A stretch of DNA of 64,000 nt from Candidatus Bathyarchaeota archaeon (GCA_963770935.1 CAVYRJ010000017.1:16033-80032); one strand, 5' to 3'; shown: positions 40,770-51,084, numbered from the stretch's first letter. A program made the numbers and translations. The notes: generated by a model not told the origin, from the sequence alone.

Positions 40770-41354
40770 ATGGTTCTGAGGCAAAAGCAAATGATGAATC
40801 AAAATGAGCAAATAGAAAACGTCACTTTCCAATCATTAGCACACCCAACCCGAAGAACAATAATTAGAACCGTTCAATCCAGAAACCAAGGCATCTCATA
40901 CACTGAACTGATTACAGAACTTGGAATGTCAACTGGAAAACTAAACTACCATTTGGAACAATTGAAAGGTCTAATAGAAAAAAATAGCAATCAACATTAC
41001 GTTCTCACTCCCTTTGGCAAAAAAGCCATCGAGCACCTTAATCTCATAGAGCAGAAAATTAGTCCTGAAGATGAAAAATACGTTAAAATTGCCGTTCTAT
41101 CCCAAAAAACAAGCCTTCAACCTATAGTAAAAGCATTCCTAACAATCAGCATTCTGCTGTCAGCTGTTCTAACTGCCATATGGGTTTTCCTAGTTTATGT
41201 ATTCATAACAGAGGGCGCACCACTAATAATTTACATTCTTATGCCAGTTTTGATAGCGGTTGGCTTTGGCTTGATTGGCACACTGACATATTCTTTGGTT
41301 AAAGCACCATCATGGATTAAACGGTTTGAGCAAAGATTCTTCGGAGAACCTTAA
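40770..41354 (+). CDS. ArsR-type winged-HTH regulator with two C-terminal TM helices
   Basis: FQSLAHPTRRTII, ISYTEL, STGKLNYHLEQL, YVLTPFG, then two hydrophobic helices. Confidence 0.88.
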   Translation: MVLRQKQMMNQNEQIENVTFQSLAHPTRRTIIRTVQSRNQGISYTELITELGMSTGKLNYHLEQLKGLIEKNSNQHYVLTPFGKKAIEHLNLIEQKISPEDEKYVKIAVLSQKTSLQPIVKAFLTISILLSAVLTAIWVFLVYVFITEGAPLIIYILMPVLIAVGFGLIGTLTYSLVKAPSWIKRFEQRFFGEP

Positions 41355-41419
41355 CAGCCCTTTTTTCTAATTAAAATTTAATTAGCTAGTTCCCCTTAGC
41401 ATTGTACAGTGAAGTAGTT

Positions 41420-41899
41420 ATGGCTGGAATAGCAGTAATCATTATGGGTTCAGAGCGGGATTTGGATTTTTCCCGTGAAATCGCCAAGTACCTAAGACTT
41501 TTAGGCGTAAACTACGAGTTCCGTGTTGCTTCTGCCCATAAAACTCCCGAGAAAGTGCTTGAAATAATCAAAGAATTCGAGACGGAAAAAGTGGTTTTTG
41601 TCACTGTTGCTGGGCGCTCAAACGCACTTAGCGCTTTTATCGATGGGAACACATCTAAACCCGTTATTGCGTGTCCACCATACAGCGAGAAATTCGGCGG
41701 AGCCGATATCTTCTCTTCGCTTAGAGTGCCCAGCGGCATCGGTAGCGTCGTGACTATTGAGCCTGAAGGAGCAGCAATCGCAGCAACAAAAATCCTCTCG
41801 CTCCAAGACGTGAACCTTGAAGCCAACGTGAAGACCTATCAAGAGAGCAAAAAGAAAGAACTTGACAAAGCCAACGAATCAGTAAAAAAACTAAAGTAA
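41420..41899 (+). CDS. purE: AIR carboxylase / N5-CAIR mutase
   Basis: IMGSERD, VASAHKTP, AGRSNAL, SSLRVPSG. Confidence 0.92.
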   Translation: MAGIAVIIMGSERDLDFSREIAKYLRLLGVNYEFRVASAHKTPEKVLEIIKEFETEKVVFVTVAGRSNALSAFIDGNTSKPVIACPPYSEKFGGADIFSSLRVPSGIGSVVTIEPEGAAIAATKILSLQDVNLEANVKTYQESKKKELDKANESVKKLK

Positions 41900-42199
41900 C
41901 CTCTAAGGCTTTTTTCTACAGCCCCTTATTTATTTGCAGATCGAAAAATTTGAACCCATCGATAGCATTTAAATCTCATCTAAATAATTCCAAACATTCT
42001 GCTTAACCAAGCCGCTACTGTTAATCATAGTTTTAATTTCGGCAGTCTACTTTGTGTTATTCTCGCCTTTTAAAGGCGTATTGCCACTTCTATTTATCAT
42101 TGCAGTCACCATAATTGCTTCAGTGGCGCTGTTCGGCATTATACTTTCGCTAAGCTTTGAGAAAAGAAATAGAAATTTAAGGCACTAAAAAAGAAGTTG

Positions 42200-42481
42200 T
42201 TATTCTCTACATTGTCTGAGGTTACGTAGTTCCTCGATGGTTTTATTCAAAATTGCCTTATCAGATATAGATTCAACATTAGAGACAGGCAAGCAAACTA
42301 CGACTTTTCCCAGGTAAGGATGCTTGAACCCCATTTTATTTGATGCTTCCTCAGATAATGCCACATACAGATTGATTATTTTCCAATTGCTCATGTCTAA
42401 TTCTGCGCTATGCACTTCGCCAAGCAAAAAACCGTCTGAAGTGAAAGCGGGTTTCCAAAATAACTTTGTGATTTCAACCAT
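42200..42481 (-). CDS. PRC-barrel domain protein
   Basis: LFWKPAFTSDGFLLGEV...LD..NWKI. Confidence 0.7.
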   Translation of the reverse strand: MVEITKLFWKPAFTSDGFLLGEVHSAELDMSNWKIINLYVALSEEASNKMGFKHPYLGKVVVCLPVSNVESISDKAILNKTIEELRNLRQCRE

Positions 42482-42581
42482 TAAAAAACCTTCAACTAAA
42501 TAAATATCAAGCGCTTCTTTATATCTGTTTTTTAGACGCACTGATGCAGAAGCGTTTTTTACTTTCCAAGAGAATAGTTAT

Positions 42582-42984
42582 GTGGTGTTTTTATTGTCGA
42601 CTTCTGAAAAACAATCCAACCTCAAACCACTTACCCCTGAAGAAGAACAGGTTATAGTTTACAAAGGCACCGAAATGCCCTTCACAGGCAAATACTACGC
42701 GTTTTGGGAAAAAGGCACCTACGTATGCAAACGTTGTGGCGCAAAACTGTACCGTTCTGAGAACAAGTTTGAAGCAAACTGCGGGTGGCCAAGCTTTGAC
42801 GACGAAATTCCCAGGCGCTGTTAAAAGGCTACCTGACCCCGATGGAAGGCGAACAGAAATCCAATGTGTCAACTGCGGCGCTCACCTCGGGCACGTTTTC
42901 ACCGGTGAACATTTCACCGAAAAAAACACGAGGCACTGTGTTAATTCAATGTCGATGGATTTCATTCCAGACAAAACTTCGTAG
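42582..42984 (+). CDS. msrB: Methionine-R-sulfoxide reductase (apparent +1 insertion near 42811)
   Basis: [38 protein letters not shown]. Confidence 0.92.
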
Positions 42985-43047
42985 TTTAGACACGAAAGAG
43001 TTATAGAATACTTAGCGCAAGTTGGCATTAAAAGAGCGGTTAGCGCT

Positions 43048-43824
43048 TTGGTGGACATCTTAGGAGCTCAAATTTCGCTTTCGACAATATTTGAAATATT
43101 AATAATTGCCATAGTAGCAATTACGTTTGAGAGATTAATCAGCCGTTATCTAACAGGCTTTGCCAAACGTATCAAACTTGAACCTAGCGCAAGCAACAAC
43201 CTTGTTTTAACCTTCCGAATACTTATTCTAATATTTGCGGTCTTAGCGATAAGCAGTGTTGGCGGAGTACAAGCAGAATGGTTGCTGGCTGTGTCAGCTA
43301 TAGGTGGCGCCGCGCTGGGTTTCGCGTCACAAAAAACTATCGGCAACTTTCTGGCTGGACTCTTCCTTTTGGCAGCAAAACCTTTCAAAGTGGGTGATTA
43401 TGTAAAAATCGGCACTGTTGAAGGAATAGTTCAAGAAATCACTATCAACTATGCCAAAGTGTTGACTGCATCTAACAACACCATTTCAGTAAGTAACCTA
43501 CAAATTTTGGATCGAGACATAACCAATTACCTCTACGAATCATCTAAGACGCACAACCTTTACTGTTACACCTTTGAAATCGGATTTGACCATAGTATCC
43601 CATCAGAAAAGTTAAACCAAATATTCAACCAAATCTTCGATAGTTACTCAATAGTGTTGCCGAGGAAACCAACCTGTATGCTTATTCGCTCAACCAGCTT
43701 AGATAGAGTATACTTAATCTACCTCTACGTGGATAAACCCCAAGACATCTTCACGTTAAGACCAAGAATCGCCGATGAAGTTTTTCAACGTTGGGATGTA
43801 GAGAGAGCAAAACTAAAGAAATAA
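43048..43824 (+). CDS. MscS-family mechanosensitive channel
   Basis: LGFASQKTIGNFLAG, PFKVGDYV..GTVEGIV. Confidence 0.88.
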   Translation: MVDILGAQISLSTIFEILIIAIVAITFERLISRYLTGFAKRIKLEPSASNNLVLTFRILILIFAVLAISSVGGVQAEWLLAVSAIGGAALGFASQKTIGNFLAGLFLLAAKPFKVGDYVKIGTVEGIVQEITINYAKVLTASNNTISVSNLQILDRDITNYLYESSKTHNLYCYTFEIGFDHSIPSEKLNQIFNQIFDSYSIVLPRKPTCMLIRSTSLDRVYLIYLYVDKPQDIFTLRPRIADEVFQRWDVERAKLKK

Positions 43825-43857
43825 CTTCCACAGACCACTTCATATAAGAGGATAATT

Positions 43858-44202
43858 ATGCCAAACAAAGAAAAAGAAAAACCCAAACAATTAACAGCGA
43901 AAGCATCTAACCTTTCAGGCTTAATCGAATATCAGGAAGGCTCAGTTGTTAGCCGCACCATAATCGATAAGAAAACTGGAACGGTGACGCTGTTTGCGTT
44001 TGACGAGAATCAAGGCTTAAGCGAGCACACGGCCCCCTACGATGCGATGGTTTACGTGATTGAAGGTGAAGTCAATGTTACCATTGCAGGCAAACCCATA
44101 AGTCTAAAGCAGGGCGAAGTAACCATCATGCCGGCAAACCAACCGCACGCCCTAACTGCAAAGTCAAAGTTCAAGATGCTTCTAACAATGATAAAATCCT
44201 AA
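43858..44202 (+). CDS. Cupin domain protein
   Basis: LSEHTAPYDA...MPANQPH. Confidence 0.88.
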   Translation: MPNKEKEKPKQLTAKASNLSGLIEYQEGSVVSRTIIDKKTGTVTLFAFDENQGLSEHTAPYDAMVYVIEGEVNVTIAGKPISLKQGEVTIMPANQPHALTAKSKFKMLLTMIKS

Positions 44203-44810
44203 AGCTTCAATCCCCACTTATCCCTAAAACAATATTCTCCAATGGGTTTTTTCGGTGGCAATGTAGGGGTTTCTGCAGGGTATCCTATAATTACGAAAGC
44301 TTCAGGTTCCACTGCCGCTGGAATCCCCAAAACTTTTCTCACCGTTTCTTTGCAGAATCCAGGTGCACAGAACCAACAAGCCCCAAAACCTAAGGCATGT
44401 GCAGTCAGAAGCATGTTCTGCATTGCAGCACCTAAACTCTGTTGAGACAAGTCACGTTCAAACATTTGTCTTTGCTGATCAGAAAACTTTCTTAATCCAT
44501 CCATTACCGTGCATGCTAAAATAAGAGCGGGTGCATTCGCGAATCGATCCACTCGTTCCTGTTTCATTTTAGCATCAATTTTTCCTCCATCTTTTTCCAC
44601 ATCTGCAACCCAAGCATCTGCCGTAGCCTCCGCCAGCTCTCGTTTTACTGAGGGATTCTCTAAAATGATAAAGCGCCATGGTTGAGAATTATGTGCTGAA
44701 GGCGCCCAGCCAGCAGCCACCAAAACCTCAAGGACAACATCTCTCGGAACCATTTGAGGCAGGTATTTTCTTACGCTTCGGCGTTTTTTGATGACATCGT
44801 TTAGCGACAT
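44199..44810 (-). CDS. Nitroreductase family protein (FbiB C-domain-like)
   Basis: RRSVRKY, APSAHNSQPWRF, GAAMQNMLLTAHALG. Confidence 0.9.
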   Translation of the reverse strand: MSLNDVIKKRRSVRKYLPQMVPRDVVLEVLVAAGWAPSAHNSQPWRFIILENPSVKRELAEATADAWVADVEKDGGKIDAKMKQERVDRFANAPALILACTVMDGLRKFSDQQRQMFERDLSQQSLGAAMQNMLLTAHALGFGACWFCAPGFCKETVRKVLGIPAAVEPEAFVIIGYPAETPTLPPKKPIGEYCFRDKWGLKL

Positions 44811-44840
44811 AGCCTCTCATATGTAGATTTAGGTTCTTAA

Positions 44841-44933
44841 CTATTTTATTCTAACTAGGCAATTGACTAAAGGACAACTTGGAAGATGATGATGCTGATG
44901 ATGAGACTGAACTCTGCAATTTGATAGCATCAT
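44841..44933 (-). CDS. Possible 30-aa His/Cys-rich peptide
   Basis: MMLSNCRVQSHHQHHHLPSCPLVNCLVRIK, with a TATA-like tract about 30 nt upstream. Confidence 0.3.
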   Translation of the reverse strand: MMLSNCRVQSHHQHHHLPSCPLVNCLVRIK

Positions 44934-44975
44934 CTTTCAGAAGAAACTCGGTCTTTTAAAATATATAGAAGCTAA

Positions 44976-46016
44976 TTAGGGTCTGTTTGGCTCTAGAATA
45001 ACTTTGAGCGATGCACCTGCTTCAGCCATTAGTCGGAAACCTTCCTGTGCTTCACGCAGACTTAGCTTATGCGTAATCATGCCTTTAACATTGAGTTGTC
45101 CAGTCTTCAAGTACCGTAGTGAATCTTCAAGGTCGTTTGGTGCTGCACCGTAGCTTGTGCGCATTATGATTTCGTTTCGCCAAAACTTGTTAATCGGCAC
45201 TGGAAGCTGTACTGTTGGGTCAGGTACGGCAAAGAACAGGATGGTTCCTCCGTTGTCTACGCAATCCAACGCCGCCATCGCTGCTGAGGTTGCGCCCGTA
45301 CAAATAATAACTTGGTCAGCTAAGCGCCCACTGTTTATTTCTTTGAGTTTCTGTGGCAGATTGTCTTTGGCGTTTAAAGCATAGTCTGCACCGAATTTCT
45401 TGGCAAGCTCCAGCCGATACGGATTAATGTCGGCTACAACGATGTTTTCTACGCCTTTAAACTTAGCAAGTTGAGCGTGCAGTATTCCTGAAATTCCGCT
45501 GCCGATAATTAATAGACTATCTTCTTTTTGGAGGCTTGCCAGCCTTTGACCTCGCGACACGCATGCTAAAGGTTCGATGAAGGTGCCTTCCTCAAAACTC
45601 ATTTGGGCAGGTAGTTTATAGATGCCAAATTCTACGTTGATTTTGGGAACCTGAATATATTGTGCAAAGCCGCCTGGGTAATAGTTTGTTGTGTGCAATG
45701 TGTGACAGGCTGTGTGGCTGCCGCGTTGGCAGTATCGGCACTGGTAGCAGGGAACGTGATGGGAAACAAATACGCGATCGCCGACTTTGACGTTCTTGAC
45801 TTCAGAGCCAACCTTGTCAATGACGCCTGTGGCTTCATGCCCAAGCACACGTGGCGCCTTGGGAACTCTGTACCATTCGATAACGTCGCTACCGCATATA
45901 CCGCTTGCCAGAACTTTAAGCAGCACCTCTTCTCCACTGATCTTTGGGATGGGGATTTCTTCTACGCGGACGTCGTGGTTGTTGTAGTAGAAGGCGGCTA
46001 GCAAACGTTTCACCAA
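44976..46016 (-). CDS. Zn-dependent (sugar) alcohol dehydrogenase
   Basis: GICGSD, GHE, CYQCRYC...C, EPLAC, GSGISG. Confidence 0.9.
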   Translation of the reverse strand: MVKRLLAAFYYNNHDVRVEEIPIPKISGEEVLLKVLASGICGSDVIEWYRVPKAPRVLGHEATGVIDKVGSEVKNVKVGDRVFVSHHVPCYQCRYCQRGSHTACHTLHTTNYYPGGFAQYIQVPKINVEFGIYKLPAQMSFEEGTFIEPLACVSRGQRLASLQKEDSLLIIGSGISGILHAQLAKFKGVENIVVADINPYRLELAKKFGADYALNAKDNLPQKLKEINSGRLADQVIICTGATSAAMAALDCVDNGGTILFFAVPDPTVQLPVPINKFWRNEIIMRTSYGAAPNDLEDSLRYLKTGQLNVKGMITHKLSLREAQEGFRLMAEAGASLKVILEPNRP

Positions 46017-46027
46017 AAAAGGAAAGG

Positions 46028-46825
46028 TTAGGCTTTGCCTGCTATAATTTGGTTGTAGAGGTCTTCAGCTTCTTGAGCAGTGTAACCTTCATGTATTATG
46101 GCGCGGATAGCTTTGATCGATGCCACGGGATGCTGAGTTTGCCAGATGTTTCTGCCCAAGTTGACACCTACAGCGCCTTTCTGAATGCCGTCATAGACGA
46201 AATCGAAGACTTCCCGCTGTGTTTCAGTTTTGGGTCCACCCGCAATCACTATCGGAACTGGACAGCCATCCACAACTTTCTCAAAATGCTCTTTACAATA
46301 ATAGGTCTTAACAACCCGAGCGCCAATTTCAGCGGTGATTCGGGCTGCTAAAGCTAAATAGCGGGCTTCTCGTTTTTCAAGTTCCTTGCCGACTGCGCAA
46401 ACAGCCATGACGGGTACTCCGTATTCTTCACATTCATCGACAAGTTTAGAAAGGTTAGTTAGACTTTTGTTTTCGTATTTTGTTCCAACAAAAACTGACA
46501 TTGAAACTGCAGAAGCATTTAACCTCAGGATTTCCTGGATGGATGTAACTACGCTTTCGTTAGCTAAGTCCTCCCCGACTACGGACACAGCGCCTGAAAC
46601 CCGCATGATTATTGGTTTTTCGATTGCTGGATCAATACAGTTACGCAGTACCCCGCGGGTCAACATTAATCCATCAGCGTACTGAATGATTGGTTTTATT
46701 GTTTCGTCTGGATGTTCTAGACCATGTGTTGGTCCTTGGAAATAGCCATGGTCAATTGGCAAAAATAGTGCTTTGCCGTCTTTTTGGATAAGTCTACTTA
46801 AGCGATTTTTCATTCCCCAATCCAT
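46028..46825 (-). CDS. lsrF: LsrF-family aldolase/thiolase (DhnA class I)
   Basis: MDWGMKNRL, DHGYFQGP, GARVVKTYY, IAGGPK, GRNIWQ. Confidence 0.88.
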   Translation of the reverse strand: MDWGMKNRLSRLIQKDGKALFLPIDHGYFQGPTHGLEHPDETIKPIIQYADGLMLTRGVLRNCIDPAIEKPIIMRVSGAVSVVGEDLANESVVTSIQEILRLNASAVSMSVFVGTKYENKSLTNLSKLVDECEEYGVPVMAVCAVGKELEKREARYLALAARITAEIGARVVKTYYCKEHFEKVVDGCPVPIVIAGGPKTETQREVFDFVYDGIQKGAVGVNLGRNIWQTQHPVASIKAIRAIIHEGYTAQEAEDLYNQIIAGKA

Positions 46826-47266
46826 AATCATTTCTCCGTTGAAGCTTTTGGTTTTAGAATTAAATAACTTTTCGTTCTTTTTAGATTACCCTTTTCCAAA
46901 CAGGTTCTTTTTATTATTGTAGAAAAAGAATAGTTTTACGTTTAGTTTTGCAAATGATAGGTTTTCAGTATTTGGTTGTCGACGTGAAAGTCTTTTCATT
47001 GCCAAGTGTCTGAGAACCGAAAAGAAAGATTGATTTCCAAAAGCTTCGCTTCTACAAAATAATTCACATACCAAACATGTTATAAAAGAAAGAAAACTTG
47101 GTGCATAGTGAATTTTATGAAACGTACTTTCACAATGTTTAAGATAAATTGCATTCTATAAGCAAATGGAAGTGGGAGAAGCCGCTGGCCAGTCGGCCCG
47201 GCATCACTTCACGAGTCGCATGCAACAATCTCGCGATACTTTTCCTTTCTGAAGACTGCAATAGGG

Positions 47267-48034
47267 TTAACTAACTACTTTTCTAAAAAGGTATAATGTG
47301 GCTCCAAGGGTTATTGCAGATATTAGACCAATTACGGCGTAGGCTGAAAGTATGGTGCTCCATATGTAGCCATCTATCATTAGGGCTCTGACTGCGTCTA
47401 CGGTATAGCTAATTGGGTTAAACATTGAGACGGTTTTTATCCACTCCGGCATGAAATCAAGAGGTGTTAGAGCGGTGCTCATGAAGAGCAGTGGGAAAGT
47501 TAGAAAGCCGCCTACTGCGAATACAGTCTCTGAGCTTTTGGTTTTTAGTCCTATAGCAAGTGAGATTCCTGACCAAGCTAAACCAAAGAATGCTATGGTT
47601 GTGAGCATGATTAGAATTCCGCCAATTCCTGTAACTGGGAAAGCTCCTAGCCCGTAGGCTAAGGCGAGTATTATTAGGGATTGTATAACTACTCTAAAAG
47701 CATCACTTGCCAATCTTCCCAGCAGGATTGCGTATCTGCTTACTTGTGTTACGAGCATCTTTTGTAGGAAGCCTGTTTCTATGTCGAGTACTATTGAGGT
47801 TCCGGATTGTAGGGCGCTGCCAAATGCGTTCTGGAGCAGGATGCCCGGGGTAGCAAATATGAGGTAGCTATCGGCTGGGAACCCGGGTATATCCCCAAAT
47901 CTGGAAAAAAGCTGGGTGAATAGGAGCAGGAATATGATCGGTTGAAACAGCGAAAAGAAGAGCAAAATCGGGGTTCGGACTAGTTTTTTGAGGTATCTTA
48001 TGAAGAGGTATCTTGTATCGGATAGTAGGGTCAT
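47267..48034 (-). CDS. ABC-2 exporter permease
   Basis: LFQPIIFLLLF, about six TM helices, NPISYTVDAVR. Confidence 0.9.
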   Translation of the reverse strand: MTLLSDTRYLFIRYLKKLVRTPILLFFSLFQPIIFLLLFTQLFSRFGDIPGFPADSYLIFATPGILLQNAFGSALQSGTSIVLDIETGFLQKMLVTQVSRYAILLGRLASDAFRVVIQSLIILALAYGLGAFPVTGIGGILIMLTTIAFFGLAWSGISLAIGLKTKSSETVFAVGGFLTFPLLFMSTALTPLDFMPEWIKTVSMFNPISYTVDAVRALMIDGYIWSTILSAYAVIGLISAITLGATLYLFRKVVS

Positions 48035-48037
48035 TTT

Positions 48038-49042
48038 TTATCGCCTGATGCCTCCAAAGCGTGTGTTCGGCGCTTTCACTAGTTCTTCGGTTCGTATTCT
48101 TCTTCCAGTTTGCTGCAGAAAAATGTCGTCAAGAGTAGGTGAGGAGAAGCTTATTGATGAGATTCTAATGTCGCTGCTATCGAAAGCTCGAACTATATCT
48201 GCTACGAGTAATCCGGCGTTCTTGGCGAACACCGTTAGGCACTCTTCTTGCTGCGAGTCAATGACTTTTTGCACGTCGACTAAGCTTGCGAGTATTTGCT
48301 TCGCCTTTTCCCTGTCTTTAGCGCAGTTGTCAAGTTGTATTCTAATTGAGTCGGCTCCGACTTGACGTTTTAGTTGTTTGGGAGTTCCTTCTGCTACAAT
48401 TTTGCCTTGATCAACGATCGCGAGGTTTCGGCAGAGTCTGTCAGCTTCTTCCATATACTGGGTGGTTAGAAATATGGTTGTGCCTTCTTCCTTGTTTAGT
48501 TTTTCTAGATACAGCCAAATGGCTGAGCGTGATTGGGGGTCTAAGCCGGTGGTGGGTTCGTCTAGGAAGAGCAGTTTTGGATTATGTACTAGCGCGGAGG
48601 CTAGGTCCAGGCGTTTTCTCATTCCACCGGAATAGTTTCTTGCTCGTTTATCCGCCACACTTTCTAGTTCCATAAGCTTGAGTAACTCATTAACTCTTGT
48701 TTTGAGTTTGTCAGTGGGCATTTGCTGGAAATGTCCTTGAAGAGTGAGGTTTTCTTTGCCTGTCAGGTCTCCATCAACTGATGTTTCTTGGCTTTGCACG
48801 CCGATGATTTTCCGGATTTCTTTTTGATTCTTGTTTACGTTGTATCCTGCAACTTTTGCGGAGCCGGATGTTTTTCTTAGAAGAGTGGTTAAGATTCTAA
48901 TGGCTGTACTTTTTCCGGCTCCGTTTGGACCAAGAAAACCAAAGAAGTCACCTTGTTTTACGTTAAATGAGATTTTATCTATGGCTTTTGTGCCATCAGA
49001 ATAGACCAGAACGAGGTTTTCAACCTCAATTATGTTTGACAT
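48038..49042 (-). CDS. ABC exporter ATP-binding subunit (DrrA-like)
   Basis: GPNGAGKS, YSGGMRKR, LFLDEPTTGLD. Confidence 0.93.
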   Translation of the reverse strand: MSNIIEVENLVLVYSDGTKAIDKISFNVKQGDFFGFLGPNGAGKSTAIRILTTLLRKTSGSAKVAGYNVNKNQKEIRKIIGVQSQETSVDGDLTGKENLTLQGHFQQMPTDKLKTRVNELLKLMELESVADKRARNYSGGMRKRLDLASALVHNPKLLFLDEPTTGLDPQSRSAIWLYLEKLNKEEGTTIFLTTQYMEEADRLCRNLAIVDQGKIVAEGTPKQLKRQVGADSIRIQLDNCAKDREKAKQILASLVDVQKVIDSQQEECLTVFAKNAGLLVADIVRAFDSSDIRISSISFSSPTLDDIFLQQTGRRIRTEELVKAPNTRFGGIRR

Positions 49043-49156
49043 AGATCCCTTTTATTGCCCTAAGAAGAGCCATAAAAACGTTTTGCGCGAAATATCCAAT
49101 AAATTTGTTAGAACAGCACGCGCGGTTGCGTGAGAGGCATATTTTACGAGTAGTCC

Positions 49157-49385
49157 GTGTGGCAGGCATCTTTTGAACTTCGCGGGAACGTCACACAAAT
49201 GGACAACGCTGTAGCACTAATGAACGACCCAGCTCTGATAACCTGCAGCTCCTACCCGTGGATTGACTACAACCTTTTCATAACCCGGTCCCTATACATA
49301 GAAAACGGCCTATACACCTTCAGCGAAACAAGAGTACAACTAAACTACTTACAACTTTTAACAAATAGCAAGAATCGACTTAAGC
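49157..49385 (+). pseudogene. 3' remnant of a secreted beta-propeller domain gene
   Basis: FELRGNVT...ITRSLYIENGLYTFSETRVQLN resembles that family's C-terminus; no N-terminal part present. Confidence 0.5.
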
Positions 49386-49515
49386 TAAGATATCTTCTCC
49401 TTTTTTTTGACTATCCTAATTAGCTCAACTTTTCTTCTTCAACTCCTATTAATGATAGGTTTTATATGCAAAGTCAATTCTTATTCTTTTCCAGTTATTT
49501 CTATGAGGAACATGG

Positions 49516-51084
49516 ATGGAAAGAGAAGTTGAGATTCTAGACACAACTCTCAGGGATGGAAGGCAGAGCATAAGAGCAACCATCTCGGAGTTGGACATGA
49601 TGGAAATAGTAAAGCTGTTGGATGATCTTGGCGTCCACATAATAGAACTGGGCTTTCCATCGAGGTTTTCAAAAGACATGCAAGCGTTTAAGAACGTACG
49701 AAATCTACAACTGAAAAACTCCAAAATCTCAGCATTCGGTATGACCAGAAGAAAGGGAATTGACCCAGAAAAAGATACTAATTTGCAATGTCTCTTTGAA
49801 ACTCAAGCAGAAATCATCACACTTTTCGGTAAAGCCGACCCATTACATGTTACAGTTGAACTAGACGCGAAACCTGAAGAAAACTTGGAAATGATTTATG
49901 ACTCAATTAAATACCTCAAAAGAACAGCCCATGCAAAACAAGTAATTTTCGATGCTGAGCACTTCTTCAAAGGGTTTAGGCGCAACAGTGAATATGCAAT
50001 GGAATGCCTCAGGACAGCAGAATCTGCAGGAGCCTACCCTTTGGTGCTTTGCGACACAGACGGCGGAACGATGACAACTCCCCTTAAAGAAACTGTCGCA
50101 CACGTTGTGAGAGAATTCAAAAAATCAGGAGTACCAATAGGAATACATACCCATAACGACTGCGGACTTGCTGTTGCAAACACCCTTGCCGCTGTCGAGG
50201 CAGGAGTAACCCATGTTCAGGGAACGATTAACGGAGTAGGCGAGAGAACCGGCAACGCAGACCTGATGGAGATCATACCGAATCTGGAGATTAAAATGGG
50301 TTATAAGACTGTGAAGTCTGGCAATCTAACAAAGCTGAAAAACATATCTGACACAGCAAATTCACTGCTTCATCTGCCTGTCCGCAAAGATCGACCTTAT
50401 GTCGGAGATGACTCAACTGCAACCAAGGCAGGCACACATTCTAAGCGTCCTGAAATGTATCTCCACTTCAAACCCGAGGACACAGGCAATGTTATGAAGA
50501 TCTATGGATCTGAGATGTCTGGAAAACACAATTTCATAGCGAAAGCAAAGCAGTTTGGCATTGATCTGAACATAGAGGAAGCGGGATTGGTCATGGCTAA
50601 TGTCAAGAGGAAATCCAGGATGGGCTACCAGTTTGAGAAGGCAGACGCGAACCTCTTTATCATTATGCTCGAATCCAAAGACGACTGGGTGGATCCCTTT
50701 AATGTTACTTCATGCGAGATGGCTTCAGCTTGGCAAGGAAAGGAACGTCCTGTTTCATACGGACTTGTAGCGATGGATCTTGGTTTAAAGACTGAGGCAT
50801 TTATTGAATTTGGGATAGGCCCAGTCAATTCTTTCGACAAAGCGCTGAGGAGGTGCCTTAGGAAGACTCATCCCGAGATTAGTGATTTGGAACTCACTGA
50901 CTTCTATGTAGATGTAGTCGATATATGCAAGGGCACCAAATCAAGGGTCAGAGCAAACGTCAGAATTTCGGTCAATGGTAGCCCATGGTCTTCACAGGGG
51001 CTGTCATACAACATTCTTAAGGCAAGTGGCGAAGCGCTTGTGACGGGTTACAAAGCCTGTTTAGAATATATGAGACGCTCCTAA
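49516..51084 (+). CDS. cimA: Citramalate synthase (LeuA/CimA family, bacterial-type)
   Basis: DTTLRDG, FDAEHFF, LCDTDGG, HTHND, GERTGNA, GPVN regulatory domain. Confidence 0.8.
   Translation: MEREVEILDTTLRDGRQSIRATISELDMMEIVKLLDDLGVHIIELGFPSRFSKDMQAFKNVRNLQLKNSKISAFGMTRRKGIDPEKDTNLQCLFETQAEIITLFGKADPLHVTVELDAKPEENLEMIYDSIKYLKRTAHAKQVIFDAEHFFKGFRRNSEYAMECLRTAESAGAYPLVLCDTDGGTMTTPLKETVAHVVREFKKSGVPIGIHTHNDCGLAVANTLAAVEAGVTHVQGTINGVGERTGNADLMEIIPNLEIKMGYKTVKSGNLTKLKNISDTANSLLHLPVRKDRPYVGDDSTATKAGTHSKRPEMYLHFKPEDTGNVMKIYGSEMSGKHNFIAKAKQFGIDLNIEEAGLVMANVKRKSRMGYQFEKADANLFIIMLESKDDWVDPFNVTSCEMASAWQGKERPVSYGLVAMDLGLKTEAFIEFGIGPVNSFDKALRRCLRKTHPEISDLELTDFYVDVVDICKGTKSRVRANVRISVNGSPWSSQGLSYNILKASGEALVTGYKACLEYMRRS

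Noticed and set aside
10693-42984. Frameshifts in pepF, both AORs, isochorismatase, the HEAT-like gene, the EF-2 paralog and msrB as programmed recoding or mass pseudogenisation
   Set aside because: They are mostly single-base indels in otherwise intact, unrelated core genes with no shared slippery motif, which fits long-read consensus error. Read polishing would settle it.
44883-44912. C/D box sRNA (ATGATGA...CTGA twice) or fluoride riboswitch
   Set aside because: The spacers between the boxes are only 2 nt, too short for guides, and the riboswitch pairing pattern is absent.
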